Positions 45,414 through 54,880 of a stretch of 64,000 bases of DNA are shown in pieces. The stretch's first letter is position 1. Each line of letters begins with the position of its first letter. Source of the DNA: a virus (lineage: Duplodnaviria > Caudoviricetes); the IMG/VR virus record IMGVR_UViG_3300027749_000069, positions 1 to 64,000 of that record; one strand, written 5' to 3'. Both the position numbers and the translations under genes were made by a program. Under the pieces are notes generated by a model, which saw only the letters and a list, made by a program, of their open reading frames with translations, had not been told where the DNA came from and did no database searches.

Positions 45414-48311
45414 ATGAAAGAGGTTATCTCTCAGGAAGTTATTGAAGGCTTCCTAAATGGTGGAGACGACGAAATGTATATCGTCGGAGTTGAATACGAC
45501 TACCCAACCAATACAATTTGGAAAATTATCCAAGACCCAATTGAAGGAAAAATTATTAAATCTGATACATTTACACCGTTTATATGGGTGGGTGATTTAA
45601 CAGGATTAAATTTCTATAACAACTCAAAAGCCATGCAGAAAAAACGTATGGGTGAGTTTGGTATTTTAATTGAAAAGTTAGACACGCACGGCAACGAACG
45701 TTTAGAAAATGGTATGACCCATATCGTTAAAAGTATTAAATCATATACGGATTTAGTTTCATTCTTTAGAATGGGTGGATTGAATCCATGGGATGAAAAA
45801 GTAAGACATCATTTTACTGTATTAAACCCTGTTGAACAATATCTTATACAAAAGAAAAAAAGATTATTTAAAGGTATTGATGAATATAGTGGAGTTAATA
45901 GATTTGTATTTGATATTGAGACCACAGGTCTTGATCCTGAAACTTGTGTTATCATATTGATTGGGGTTAAAGATAACCGTGGTATGAATGAAACAATTGC
46001 AGCATTTGGTGAAGACGGAGAAAAGAAATGTATTGAAAGATTTTTCAAATATATTAAAGATTTAAAACCAACCATTGTTGCGGGTTATAACTCTGCATTC
46101 TTTGACTGGCCGTTTATATTAAAACGTGCAGAAATACTTGGTGTTGACGTTAATGGTCTTACACAAATATTCACAACACAAGGAATGAAAGAGAAGGAAG
46201 GAATGTTAAAACTTGCAAACGAAATTGAACCATATAAACAACACGTTATATGGGGTTTCAATATTATTGATATCGCACATTCAGTAAGACGTGCTCAGGC
46301 AATCAATTCTGAAATTAAAAGTTGGGGATTGAAATATATTACAACATATTTGGAGAAAGAAAAACCTAATCGGGTTTATGTGGATGGTGCAAAGATTTCC
46401 AAAATATATCTTGATAACGAAAGTTATTATGTAAATCCAAAGACAGGAAATTATAAACAAATTGGAGAACCTGGTACAGAAAATTTAACACAGAAATATC
46501 CTGGTAAATTTGAGATATGGACAGGAAGAAAAATTGTAGAACAATATCTTGATGATGACTTGTACGAGACCATGGTTGTGGATGATTCATTTTCTCAATC
46601 AACATTCTTATTATCAAAACTCGTACCTACCACGTATGAAAGAATTGCAACAATGGGAACTGCAACACTATGGAAAATTATTATGTTAGCATGGTCTTAT
46701 GAAAACAATTTAGCAATACCAGCTAAAGATGAGAAACGTGCAATCACTGGTGGATTATCAAGATTATTAAATGTGGGATATTCAAAGAATATTGTTAAGT
46801 TTGACTATGCATCACTCTATCCATCTATTCAACTTGTATATGATGTGTTTCCTGATTGTGATGTGATGGGTGTACAAAAATCAATGTTAAAATATTTCCG
46901 TGATATTCGTATCAAATATAAATTACTTGCGGGCGAATTAAAAAATAGTGATCCAGTTCTTGCTGAAATGTATGATAGAAAACAATTACCAATTAAGATT
47001 TTTATCAACGCATATTTCGGTAGTTTATCCGCACCTCACGTATTCCCTTGGGGAGATATGAATATGGGTGAAACCATTACCTGTGTTGGTCGTCAGTGTT
47101 TAAGAATGATGATTATGTTTTATATGAAGAAAGGTTATAAACCTCTTGTAATGGACACGGATGGTGTGAACTTTGAAACACCATTGAATATTGATGATAC
47201 GGTTTATGTTGGTAAAGGATTGAATGAAATGGTTACGTTAGGAAAAGAATATAAAGGTATTGAAGCAGATACTGCAGAGTTCAATGATATCTTTATGAGA
47301 AATGAAATGGGTTTAGATATTGATTATGTTGCGCCAGCTTGTATTAATGTTTCTCGTAAGAACTATATCATTAAAATGATGAAGAAAGGAAAAGAGAAAA
47401 TTAAATTAACAGGTAATACAATCAAATCAAAAAAATTACAAACATATATCGTAGAGTTTTTAGATGAAGGATTAAAGTATTTGTTAAATGGTGACGGATT
47501 ATCTTTTGTGGAATTATATTATGAATTTGTAAGTAAAATTTATAATAAAGAAATTCCATTATCTAAAATTGCAAATAAAGCTCGTGTTAAACAATCTATT
47601 AATGATTATAGAAAGTATGTTCAAAAGACAACTAAAGCTGGTTCATTAATGTCTCGTCAAGCACATATGGAATTAATTATGAGGAGTGATTATCCTGCAG
47701 GTTTAGGAGATACAATTTATTATGTTAACAATGGTGTTAAGAAATCATCAGGAGATGTTCAGAAAGTTAGTAGACCTAGTAAGAAAGTTTTAGAAGAATA
47801 TCTTACAAAAAATGGTACACCAATGCCTGAAGATTATATCGAAGTGAACTGTTATATGATTGATGAAAAAGAAATATTAAATAATCCTGATTTAAAAGGT
47901 GATTATAATGTTCCTCGTTATCTTAATAATTTTAATAAACGTGTTGAACCATTGTTAGTTGTATTTCATCCATCAATTAGAGAAGATATATTAATTGAAT
48001 CACCTGACCAAAGACAATTCTTTACAAAATTACAATGTGAATTAGTTAATGGGTTTCCATTGAAAGAAGAAGGTCAAGATAAATTAGATGAGGTAATGAC
48101 ATTATCTGACAGTGAAGTATTATTTTGGAATCGTGTGGGGAGAGACCCTTACTTTATGTATGTGGAAAATAGTTTAGAACTTGCTGACCCATTTTGGGTT
48201 GACCACAATAGAAAAGTAATTTCGTTTCAAGAACAAAGTACTAAATCCAATGAAGAGGAGATTATTGAAACTAATGGTAACGATTATGCATTACACGCAA
48301 TAGAAAGTTAG
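45414..48311 (+). CDS. DNA polymerase, family B
   Basis: Exo FDIETTG and YNSAFFD; polymerase DYASLYPS, KIFINAYFG, MDTDG. Confidence 0.95.
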   Translation: MKEVISQEVIEGFLNGGDDEMYIVGVEYDYPTNTIWKIIQDPIEGKIIKSDTFTPFIWVGDLTGLNFYNNSKAMQKKRMGEFGILIEKLDTHGNERLENGMTHIVKSIKSYTDLVSFFRMGGLNPWDEKVRHHFTVLNPVEQYLIQKKKRLFKGIDEYSGVNRFVFDIETTGLDPETCVIILIGVKDNRGMNETIAAFGEDGEKKCIERFFKYIKDLKPTIVAGYNSAFFDWPFILKRAEILGVDVNGLTQIFTTQGMKEKEGMLKLANEIEPYKQHVIWGFNIIDIAHSVRRAQAINSEIKSWGLKYITTYLEKEKPNRVYVDGAKISKIYLDNESYYVNPKTGNYKQIGEPGTENLTQKYPGKFEIWTGRKIVEQYLDDDLYETMVVDDSFSQSTFLLSKLVPTTYERIATMGTATLWKIIMLAWSYENNLAIPAKDEKRAITGGLSRLLNVGYSKNIVKFDYASLYPSIQLVYDVFPDCDVMGVQKSMLKYFRDIRIKYKLLAGELKNSDPVLAEMYDRKQLPIKIFINAYFGSLSAPHVFPWGDMNMGETITCVGRQCLRMMIMFYMKKGYKPLVMDTDGVNFETPLNIDDTVYVGKGLNEMVTLGKEYKGIEADTAEFNDIFMRNEMGLDIDYVAPACINVSRKNYIIKMMKKGKEKIKLTGNTIKSKKLQTYIVEFLDEGLKYLLNGDGLSFVELYYEFVSKIYNKEIPLSKIANKARVKQSINDYRKYVQKTTKAGSLMSRQAHMELIMRSDYPAGLGDTIYYVNNGVKKSSGDVQKVSRPSKKVLEEYLTKNGTPMPEDYIEVNCYMIDEKEILNNPDLKGDYNVPRYLNNFNKRVEPLLVVFHPSIREDILIESPDQRQFFTKLQCELVNGFPLKEEGQDKLDEVMTLSDSEVLFWNRVGRDPYFMYVENSLELADPFWVDHNRKVISFQEQSTKSNEEEIIETNGNDYALHAIES

Positions 48312-49423
48312 ATAATATTAATAGGTGCGGGCATTGCTCTAAACTTAAGAGATTTGTTTAGATTCTCTGCCTCACCAGCTTTTCTTTCAAGAATTTTATC
48401 AGGACGTAATCTTTCTAATCTTGCCATAAGTTCTTCAATTAACTTAGATTTTTCATCTTTACCTTCAGTAATTAATGAACTGTAATCTAATTTAATCGTA
48501 CTATCAGGAACTTGTAAATCACCTGAAAACTTACCCCATATACGACCTAAACCTTCTTTAGAATAACCTATTAGATATTTTCTAACCCAATTCTGTGAAG
48601 GTTTATTTAAACTACCCCATGTTAATTCTTCCGTCATAACATCGGATGGTAATTTAATAACATCTTTATTATTCTTTAAACAGGTGTCTCTATCCATAGT
48701 ATCGTAGTACCAATACCAAACTTTATAATTATTTTTAGCAATAGAACCAAAATCAAACTTACCACCCGGTACATTATAAAGGTGTACCAATTTCTTACCT
48801 TCAGGACCCGCGGTAATTTTATAAGTTAAATCACCACCAATCATTCTACTCTTAAAGTTTCTATCTTGCATTCTCAATAATAGGTCAAAACCCGGTGTCA
48901 TAAAATATGAACCAGCGGTTCCAACCTGAGCATACCCACCCACTCCACCGAAACCAACACCACCAAGTGCACCAAAACCACCTAAAAATGGATCTACTAT
49001 TGAGTCATTTAAAGTTGCACGTGTGAAGTATAATAATTCGTTAATTTCACGACCAGCAGGAATTTCATATACTTGTTGACCTTGTGAAACCGTAAAATAG
49101 TCCTTTTTCAATTCACTTGTTCCACCAGCCTGTAAACCTACAATTTTGGAATATGAGTGAGTATATTGAGTTTCGTAATCTAAACTTCTTGTTGTGAAAG
49201 CTCTTGAAAGGGATTGTGTATCTAAATCAAGACCCGCTAAAGCTGACCATTGAGATTCAATTAACCAATCACTAACGTATTGTTCGTATTCTGATAGAGA
49301 TAACTCTAAAAAGGTATCCATTTGTTCCTGTGTAAGTTCAATTCCACGAACTGGCATCCCCAAAAGGTGGAAAACCTGGGTATATAATTTATCTCTTTCT
49401 TCCGGTGTAATAATAGTGGCCAT
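48308..49423 (-). CDS. neck/head-tail adaptor protein (T4 gp13-like)
   Basis: LGMPVRGIELTQEQMD; WVRKY...KEGLGRIWGKF. Confidence 0.7.
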   Translation of the reverse strand: MATIITPEERDKLYTQVFHLLGMPVRGIELTQEQMDTFLELSLSEYEQYVSDWLIESQWSALAGLDLDTQSLSRAFTTRSLDYETQYTHSYSKIVGLQAGGTSELKKDYFTVSQGQQVYEIPAGREINELLYFTRATLNDSIVDPFLGGFGALGGVGFGGVGGYAQVGTAGSYFMTPGFDLLLRMQDRNFKSRMIGGDLTYKITAGPEGKKLVHLYNVPGGKFDFGSIAKNNYKVWYWYYDTMDRDTCLKNNKDVIKLPSDVMTEELTWGSLNKPSQNWVRKYLIGYSKEGLGRIWGKFSGDLQVPDSTIKLDYSSLITEGKDEKSKLIEELMARLERLRPDKILERKAGEAENLNKSLKFRAMPAPINII

Positions 49424-49425
49424 AA

Positions 49426-49457
49426 TTTGGTATATTCTTATAAATATCTTATATTTG
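49426..49457 (+). promoter_or_regulatory. Bacteroidota primary-sigma promoter
   Basis: TTTG (49426-49429), 20 nt, TATATTTG (49450-49457); shares TTTGGTATATTC with the 24803 promoter. Confidence 0.65.
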
Positions 49458-49461
49458 GGTT

Positions 49462-50322
49462 ATGGTAAAAGAACTATATTATACAGAGGATCAAACAAAG
49501 GATTTTAATGTTATTATTTCAATGAGTGAAGTTAAAAGGTTAATAATTCGTGAATTGGGTGAAATAGCTCAAAGTAAATGGGAACCTTTAGGTAGATGGG
49601 GGAAGGGTGAGATTAAAGGTCGTCAGGTTTGGGGAGTTATGGACTCTAAAAAAAATGGTGAACTATATTGGTCACATTTTAATAGGTTAAACACAAACAG
49701 AACAGGATTAACTCATTTAAGAAATAAAATAAATGAACTTTTAATATTAAACGGACAACCAGAGAGAATAATTTTCAAAGAAGATTTTCATTTAGATTTT
49801 AATTATACCTATAATACGGTTAAAAGAATGTTAAGGTTTACCAAACAATATAGAGATATTCTATTTGATGAAGAAGGTGAATTTTATAAAGAATTAATTA
49901 GGTTGATGGTCGATACTTGGGATAGAGGTAAAGTTCATACTCAACATTTTATTGATAACTATAGAAGGTTAATACCTGAATCAACGGGTATTGAACATAA
50001 TGATGATAAACCAGGTGATGTAAATGATATGTTAGATGGTATTGATTGTACTGTTCTATTTGATAATAGAAAACGTAATTTACAAATTAAAGGAGTTACA
50101 AAATGTGAATTAAGAAACGATGGTCATTATTATGTTAATGTTAGTATGGTTTTAGAAAAATATCGTAAAGTTAACGCCTTCGTATTTTATCCATCAAATG
50201 AAGAATATGTTTATATGTTTAAAAATAATATAGATAAAATAATTTCACTTGTTGAAAATGGAACGTCGGTGTTTAAATTTTCATCCGAATTATTTATTAA
50301 AAAAGTAAGTAAAAATGACTAG
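49462..50322 (+). CDS. hypothetical protein, possible PD-(D/E)xK nuclease-like C-terminal domain
   Basis: DMLDGIDCTV...LQIK. Confidence 0.55.
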   Translation: MVKELYYTEDQTKDFNVIISMSEVKRLIIRELGEIAQSKWEPLGRWGKGEIKGRQVWGVMDSKKNGELYWSHFNRLNTNRTGLTHLRNKINELLILNGQPERIIFKEDFHLDFNYTYNTVKRMLRFTKQYRDILFDEEGEFYKELIRLMVDTWDRGKVHTQHFIDNYRRLIPESTGIEHNDDKPGDVNDMLDGIDCTVLFDNRKRNLQIKGVTKCELRNDGHYYVNVSMVLEKYRKVNAFVFYPSNEEYVYMFKNNIDKIISLVENGTSVFKFSSELFIKKVSKND

Positions 50323-50515
50323 TACATTATTAGATTTATTTGAAACTGCGGGTAAGAACAATTTTGAATTTAACTACAAAACAGGTGAAGGTGAAAACGT
50401 TCTAACTTTGGATTTGGAAAATAAAATAGTAACTTTAATAATAGGTGACCCTGAACGTAAAGATTTAGAACTAACTTTAAGAGACGCAATAATAACGATT
50501 AAAGGAGGCTCTTAA
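50315..50515 (+). CDS. small hypothetical protein
   Basis: 66-aa ORF overlapping the upstream stop. Confidence 0.55.
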   Translation: MTSTLLDLFETAGKNNFEFNYKTGEGENVLTLDLENKIVTLIIGDPERKDLELTLRDAIITIKGGS

Positions 50516-52250
50516 GTAAATCCTTACTGAATGATTCAGAGTATTCTCCGTCACCCATAACTTGGTCTATAATTCCTTTTTTCTTTTGTAATATATTATA
50601 GATAATTTTCTCAACTGTATTCTCAAACACGGGATAATAAACTAATACACTATTCTGTTGTCCGTAACGATACGCTCTATCTTCCGCTTGACTATGATGT
50701 GCAGGTACAAATGATAAATCATTCATTACAACAACTTCTCCCGCTGTTAATGTAATACCAACACCACCAGCAATAATATTTGAGATAAATATTTTTACCT
50801 TATCTTCATTTTGAAATCTATCAACACTCTCTTGTTTCTTTTCTTTAGACATACTACCATTTAATATTACGGAGTTCTTTTTGTATTTCTCATGTAACAT
50901 ATCTAATGACATTGTAAAATTCGTAAACACAATAACTTTCTTTCCTTGGTCTAAACATTTATCTATAATCTCACAAGTATATGGAATTTTTTCGTAAGCA
51001 ATAAGTTGTCTAATTTTCATTAAACGATTTAAGGTAACACTAATAGTTTCGTTGTCTTTTTTATCATTACTAATTCTTGTAAACTCCTCCAATTCCTCGT
51101 CGTACATCTTACTTGTAAGTTCCACAAACACAGGTGTAACAATTTTTTCAGGTAAATCTAAAATATCAGTTTTCATTCTACGAAGAACATATGATTTAGT
51201 TCTTTCTCTCAATTCATCTAAATTACTTGCTCCACTTGTATTCCACACTTTTCTATTACCGACGGTAAATTGATAACCTTTACAATATCTACGAACATAT
51301 GATTGCCAATTTAATGTTAAAGGTGAATCAACAATCTTTAATAAATTAAAATAATTAATTGGTCTTGATGTCATTGGTGTTCCTGTTAACAACCAAACTT
51401 TAGGTATTGTTTCCAATACATCATTTAATAAACGAGTTCTATTCGCTGTTGCGTTTGAAACATAATGTGCTTCATCCACGATTGCCAAATCAAACTTTTC
51501 ATTTACCAATAATTTATAATCATCACTATCTTCACTTTTTTCTGTGGTGTGATAATTTTTTAATATATCATAATTGATAATATAATAATCAAAAGTAGAA
51601 CCCCATTTACGACCTTCAACTATTAATACTTTTCTATCTGTATAATTTTTAATCTCTCTATCCCAATTTATTTTAAGAGACGCGGGACAAACAATTAAAA
51701 CTTTCTTTGCACCACTCTCCATAGACGCGATAACCGCTGCCGTCGTTTTTCCGAGACCCATATCATCGGCCAATATAAACTTATTGTTCGCTAATAATTT
51801 CTCAATAGCAACCTTCTGGTGTTCCATAGGAGGACGATTATCATATGGACTATAATCAATTACACGATTTAACTTTTTCTCGTCTTGAACAATTGCGGAC
51901 TTTGGTAACCACATTGCACTCATTTGGTCACTATCTAAAACTTTACCCCATATATGAAACGCTTTATCAGATTCACACAACAATTTTTCACACCAAATTT
52001 TTTCAGGGGGAACGGGTAATAACCTTTCTTCCATAATTTTTTCTCCAAATGTGGAAACCAAATTAATATATTTTCGTGCAACCTTTGGACTCAATTCGTA
52101 ATATTTCATTACATATTCAGCTTGGGGTCTTGTTAACTTAAAATTTTTAACCTCATCTATCTTTCTTTTCCAATCCAATAATTGGTTATTGGAACCTTCG
52201 TAAGTTAATAATATAGTTCTCGCTTCAATCTCGGGAATTTTTATCTCCAT
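50499..52250 (-). CDS. SNF2-family (SMARCAL1/HARP-like) helicase
   Basis: LADDMGLGKT, VCPASL, DEAH, LTGTP, QAEDRAYRYGQ. Confidence 0.93.
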   Translation of the reverse strand: MEIKIPEIEARTILLTYEGSNNQLLDWKRKIDEVKNFKLTRPQAEYVMKYYELSPKVARKYINLVSTFGEKIMEERLLPVPPEKIWCEKLLCESDKAFHIWGKVLDSDQMSAMWLPKSAIVQDEKKLNRVIDYSPYDNRPPMEHQKVAIEKLLANNKFILADDMGLGKTTAAVIASMESGAKKVLIVCPASLKINWDREIKNYTDRKVLIVEGRKWGSTFDYYIINYDILKNYHTTEKSEDSDDYKLLVNEKFDLAIVDEAHYVSNATANRTRLLNDVLETIPKVWLLTGTPMTSRPINYFNLLKIVDSPLTLNWQSYVRRYCKGYQFTVGNRKVWNTSGASNLDELRERTKSYVLRRMKTDILDLPEKIVTPVFVELTSKMYDEELEEFTRISNDKKDNETISVTLNRLMKIRQLIAYEKIPYTCEIIDKCLDQGKKVIVFTNFTMSLDMLHEKYKKNSVILNGSMSKEKKQESVDRFQNEDKVKIFISNIIAGGVGITLTAGEVVVMNDLSFVPAHHSQAEDRAYRYGQQNSVLVYYPVFENTVEKIIYNILQKKKGIIDQVMGDGEYSESFSKDLLKSLL

Positions 52251-52304
52251 ATAATATATATAATATAACTAAATAGAATGAAAGATTAAACTATTTATAA
52301 GGAT

Positions 52305-52817
52305 ATGAATAATAAACTACCTATTACGAGAATGTCCAAATTCCTTTCTCAGGATGACTTTGATTTAAATATTCAAATGGGTCAGGAATACCTTCATGGT
52401 GATTTGGGGATAAAATTGGTGCTATATCGTGTTGATAAACAAAAAACAGAAAACGACGATGTTTACGCTGAAGTTGGGGTAGATGAAATTAAATACTTCC
52501 CACCAATTGAGTTTTACGCGTTGGTTAAAATAGAGGAACCAAAGAACAGTTCATATAAAGGTGGACTATTAAGATACAACGAACCGGGTAATATGACATT
52601 ATCGGTTTATATAAAACATTTGGAAGAATTAAAGGTTGACATAAAATACGGAGATTTCATTGGATATCCAGAATCTGAAACAAGAACAAGATATTATAAC
52701 GTTTCAAATGATGGAAAAGTAACATCAGATAATAAACATAATATGTTTGGATACAAACCATATTATAGAAACATTGTATGTACAGCAGTACAAGACAATA
52801 CATTTAGAGGAGTATAA
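52305..52817 (+). CDS. head-closure/neck protein (gp14-like)
   Basis: DDVYAE, YFPPIE, GDFI; position and late-type promoter. Confidence 0.55.
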   Translation: MNNKLPITRMSKFLSQDDFDLNIQMGQEYLHGDLGIKLVLYRVDKQKTENDDVYAEVGVDEIKYFPPIEFYALVKIEEPKNSSYKGGLLRYNEPGNMTLSVYIKHLEELKVDIKYGDFIGYPESETRTRYYNVSNDGKVTSDNKHNMFGYKPYYRNIVCTAVQDNTFRGV

Positions 52818-52818
52818 C

Positions 52819-54096
52819 ATGGGAATACCTAAAAGAAAAACAAATATTGAAATCTATAAAGGAAATGAACTCACTAAAAGGAGACAGGAACTTTTGGATA
52901 ATATTACCAAATCAGATACAAATCTTCCTGATTCTATATTACATGATGATTTGGATAGAGGTATGTTAGATTATGTTACGAAAACATTTAAGGTTGTAAC
53001 TGACGGTAAACAAATCCCAATTATTGATAAGATATTAACAATACAAAGGTGGGGTGAGTTTATGCAGAATTGGTCATTTACCGACGACGACGGGAATATG
53101 CAACTTCCATTTATTGCAACCATTAGAAAACCCGACGTTCAATTTGGAACAAATCCATCGGTTCAAAGAACAATACCTGACAGATATCAAGTTTATTACG
53201 CTTCAGTTCCGAATTGGAATGGTTCACAATTGGGTGCGGACATTTACACAATACCACAACCTATCCCTGTGGATATTACATATGACGTAACAATTATATG
53301 TAATAAATTTAGAGATTTAAACAAGTTTAATAAAATCATATTACGTCACTTTGCGTCAAGACAAGATTACACAACGATTAAAGGACATTATATTCCTATT
53401 GTTCTTGATAAGATTGAAGATAATAGTCCAATTGAAACAATTGACGGACGTAGATTTTACGTTCAAAATTATCAATTTACAATGTTGGGTTATTTGATTG
53501 ATAGTGAGGAGTTCCAAGTAAAACCCGCAATTAACAGATTATTTACCATGTTTGAGTTTATAAAAGATAATCCCAAATTTAATATTAATAAAGTTGTTAA
53601 CACTAATGAAATAATACAAACTGTAAACTTAGTTGGAGACGGACTTCAAAGTGTGTTTGACGTAGGGGAAAGTATTGGTACATTATTTGGAGTTTATATA
53701 AATGATGTATTACAAACAAAGAATGTAAATTATTTACATATTGCTTACACCTCAAAAATAGAATTTGTCAACCCATATATTCCAACGGCAGGAAGTAAAA
53801 TTACTATTGTTTATTACAAAAGTAAGAATAGTAGAATAGTTGGGACATCAGGTAGAATTTTTAGTTTTGTTAGAGAAGAATTTCAATATACTGGAACCGA
53901 ACCTTTATTTAATGGTGATATTAATAGACCCATGTTTGATACAAATCAAATGATTAATAGTGTAATTACTGTTGAGATTAACGGATTGGCAGAACAAGAA
54001 GGTATTGGGTTTATAGTTTCAGATGATAGTTCATTCATTATATTATCAGATAAACCGTCCCTAAATTCAAACATATCAGTAGGGTATTTGTATTAA
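52819..54096 (+). CDS. tail terminator/sheath stabiliser (gp15-like) with two C-terminal beta-sandwich repeats
   Basis: LPFIATIR, PIPVDITYDVTI; start reassigned to MGIPKRK. Confidence 0.6.
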   Translation: MGIPKRKTNIEIYKGNELTKRRQELLDNITKSDTNLPDSILHDDLDRGMLDYVTKTFKVVTDGKQIPIIDKILTIQRWGEFMQNWSFTDDDGNMQLPFIATIRKPDVQFGTNPSVQRTIPDRYQVYYASVPNWNGSQLGADIYTIPQPIPVDITYDVTIICNKFRDLNKFNKIILRHFASRQDYTTIKGHYIPIVLDKIEDNSPIETIDGRRFYVQNYQFTMLGYLIDSEEFQVKPAINRLFTMFEFIKDNPKFNINKVVNTNEIIQTVNLVGDGLQSVFDVGESIGTLFGVYINDVLQTKNVNYLHIAYTSKIEFVNPYIPTAGSKITIVYYKSKNSRIVGTSGRIFSFVREEFQYTGTEPLFNGDINRPMFDTNQMINSVITVEINGLAEQEGIGFIVSDDSSFIILSDKPSLNSNISVGYLY

Positions 54097-54106
54097 ACCA
54101 TAATCT

Positions 54107-54610
54107 ATGTACGAATTTATAAAAGATAATGTAGTTTCAAGTCAGAGTCAAAATATGGCGGTTAATATAGTAACGGTCAGTTTTATCGCGGACGGAATAC
54201 AAACTAAATTTAGTGTTGGAACTAACATCGGAACCTTATTTTCAGTTTCAATGAACGGTATAGGTCAAATAAGAGATTTAAATTTTACATTTATAAACTA
54301 CACAAGTACAATTACATTTTTTACTCCACCTATAAAGAACTCAATAATAACGGTACAATTTTATAAAGGAACCAATAGTGTAATTTTAGACAACAAGGGT
54401 AAATTATTACAATTTGAAAAAGAAGAGTTTATTTATACTAACTCAAGAGTGTTTAATTTAAGTAATTCAATCAATAGTTTGATAACCGTAGAAACCAATG
54501 GTTTGGCTGAAGAAGATTTAATTGGCTTTGATATTACAGGAGATAAAGAAATCACATATAATAATAACCCTATAGTGGGTTCAAAAATAAGTATATCTTA
54601 TTTATACTAA
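54107..54610 (+). CDS. two-repeat structural protein paralogous to the C-terminus of the upstream gene
   Basis: DGIQTKFSVGTNIGTLFSV vs DGLQSVFDVGESIGTLFGV; INSLITVETNGLAE vs INSVITVEINGLAE. Confidence 0.7.
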   Translation: MYEFIKDNVVSSQSQNMAVNIVTVSFIADGIQTKFSVGTNIGTLFSVSMNGIGQIRDLNFTFINYTSTITFFTPPIKNSIITVQFYKGTNSVILDNKGKLLQFEKEEFIYTNSRVFNLSNSINSLITVETNGLAEEDLIGFDITGDKEITYNNNPIVGSKISISYLY

Positions 54611-54765
54611 TCGTCCCCATAAATGTCTTTCTTTTTAGGTTTACAAAGTTCTTCAATATGTTTTTCAAGTACTTTATAAATTTTTAATCCATTTTTATCA
54701 CAATAATTTTTTAACATTTCGTGGTGTTTCTCACCTATTTTGACATTTTTTTGTTTGTTTTCCAT
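54607..54765 (-). CDS. small ribbon-helix-helix-like protein (52 aa, absent from the ORF track)
   Basis: MENKQKNVKIGEKHHEMLKNYCDKNGLKIYKVLEKHIEELCKPKKKDIYGDD. Confidence 0.6.
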   Translation of the reverse strand: MENKQKNVKIGEKHHEMLKNYCDKNGLKIYKVLEKHIEELCKPKKKDIYGDD

Positions 54766-54880
54766 ATAAAAGATAATTAAAGATAAATAACTATCTTTTT
54801 AAGAAAAGTTCGGAAATCTTTGGTGAAAACAAAGATATTTATAAGATAAGTAATAAAACAATTTAACCAAACAACAATCG

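Noticed and set aside
45414-48311. Intein or intron in the DNA polymerase (terminase and helicase also checked)
   Set aside because: Motif spacing looks normal; no intein splice motifs or homing endonuclease signature seen
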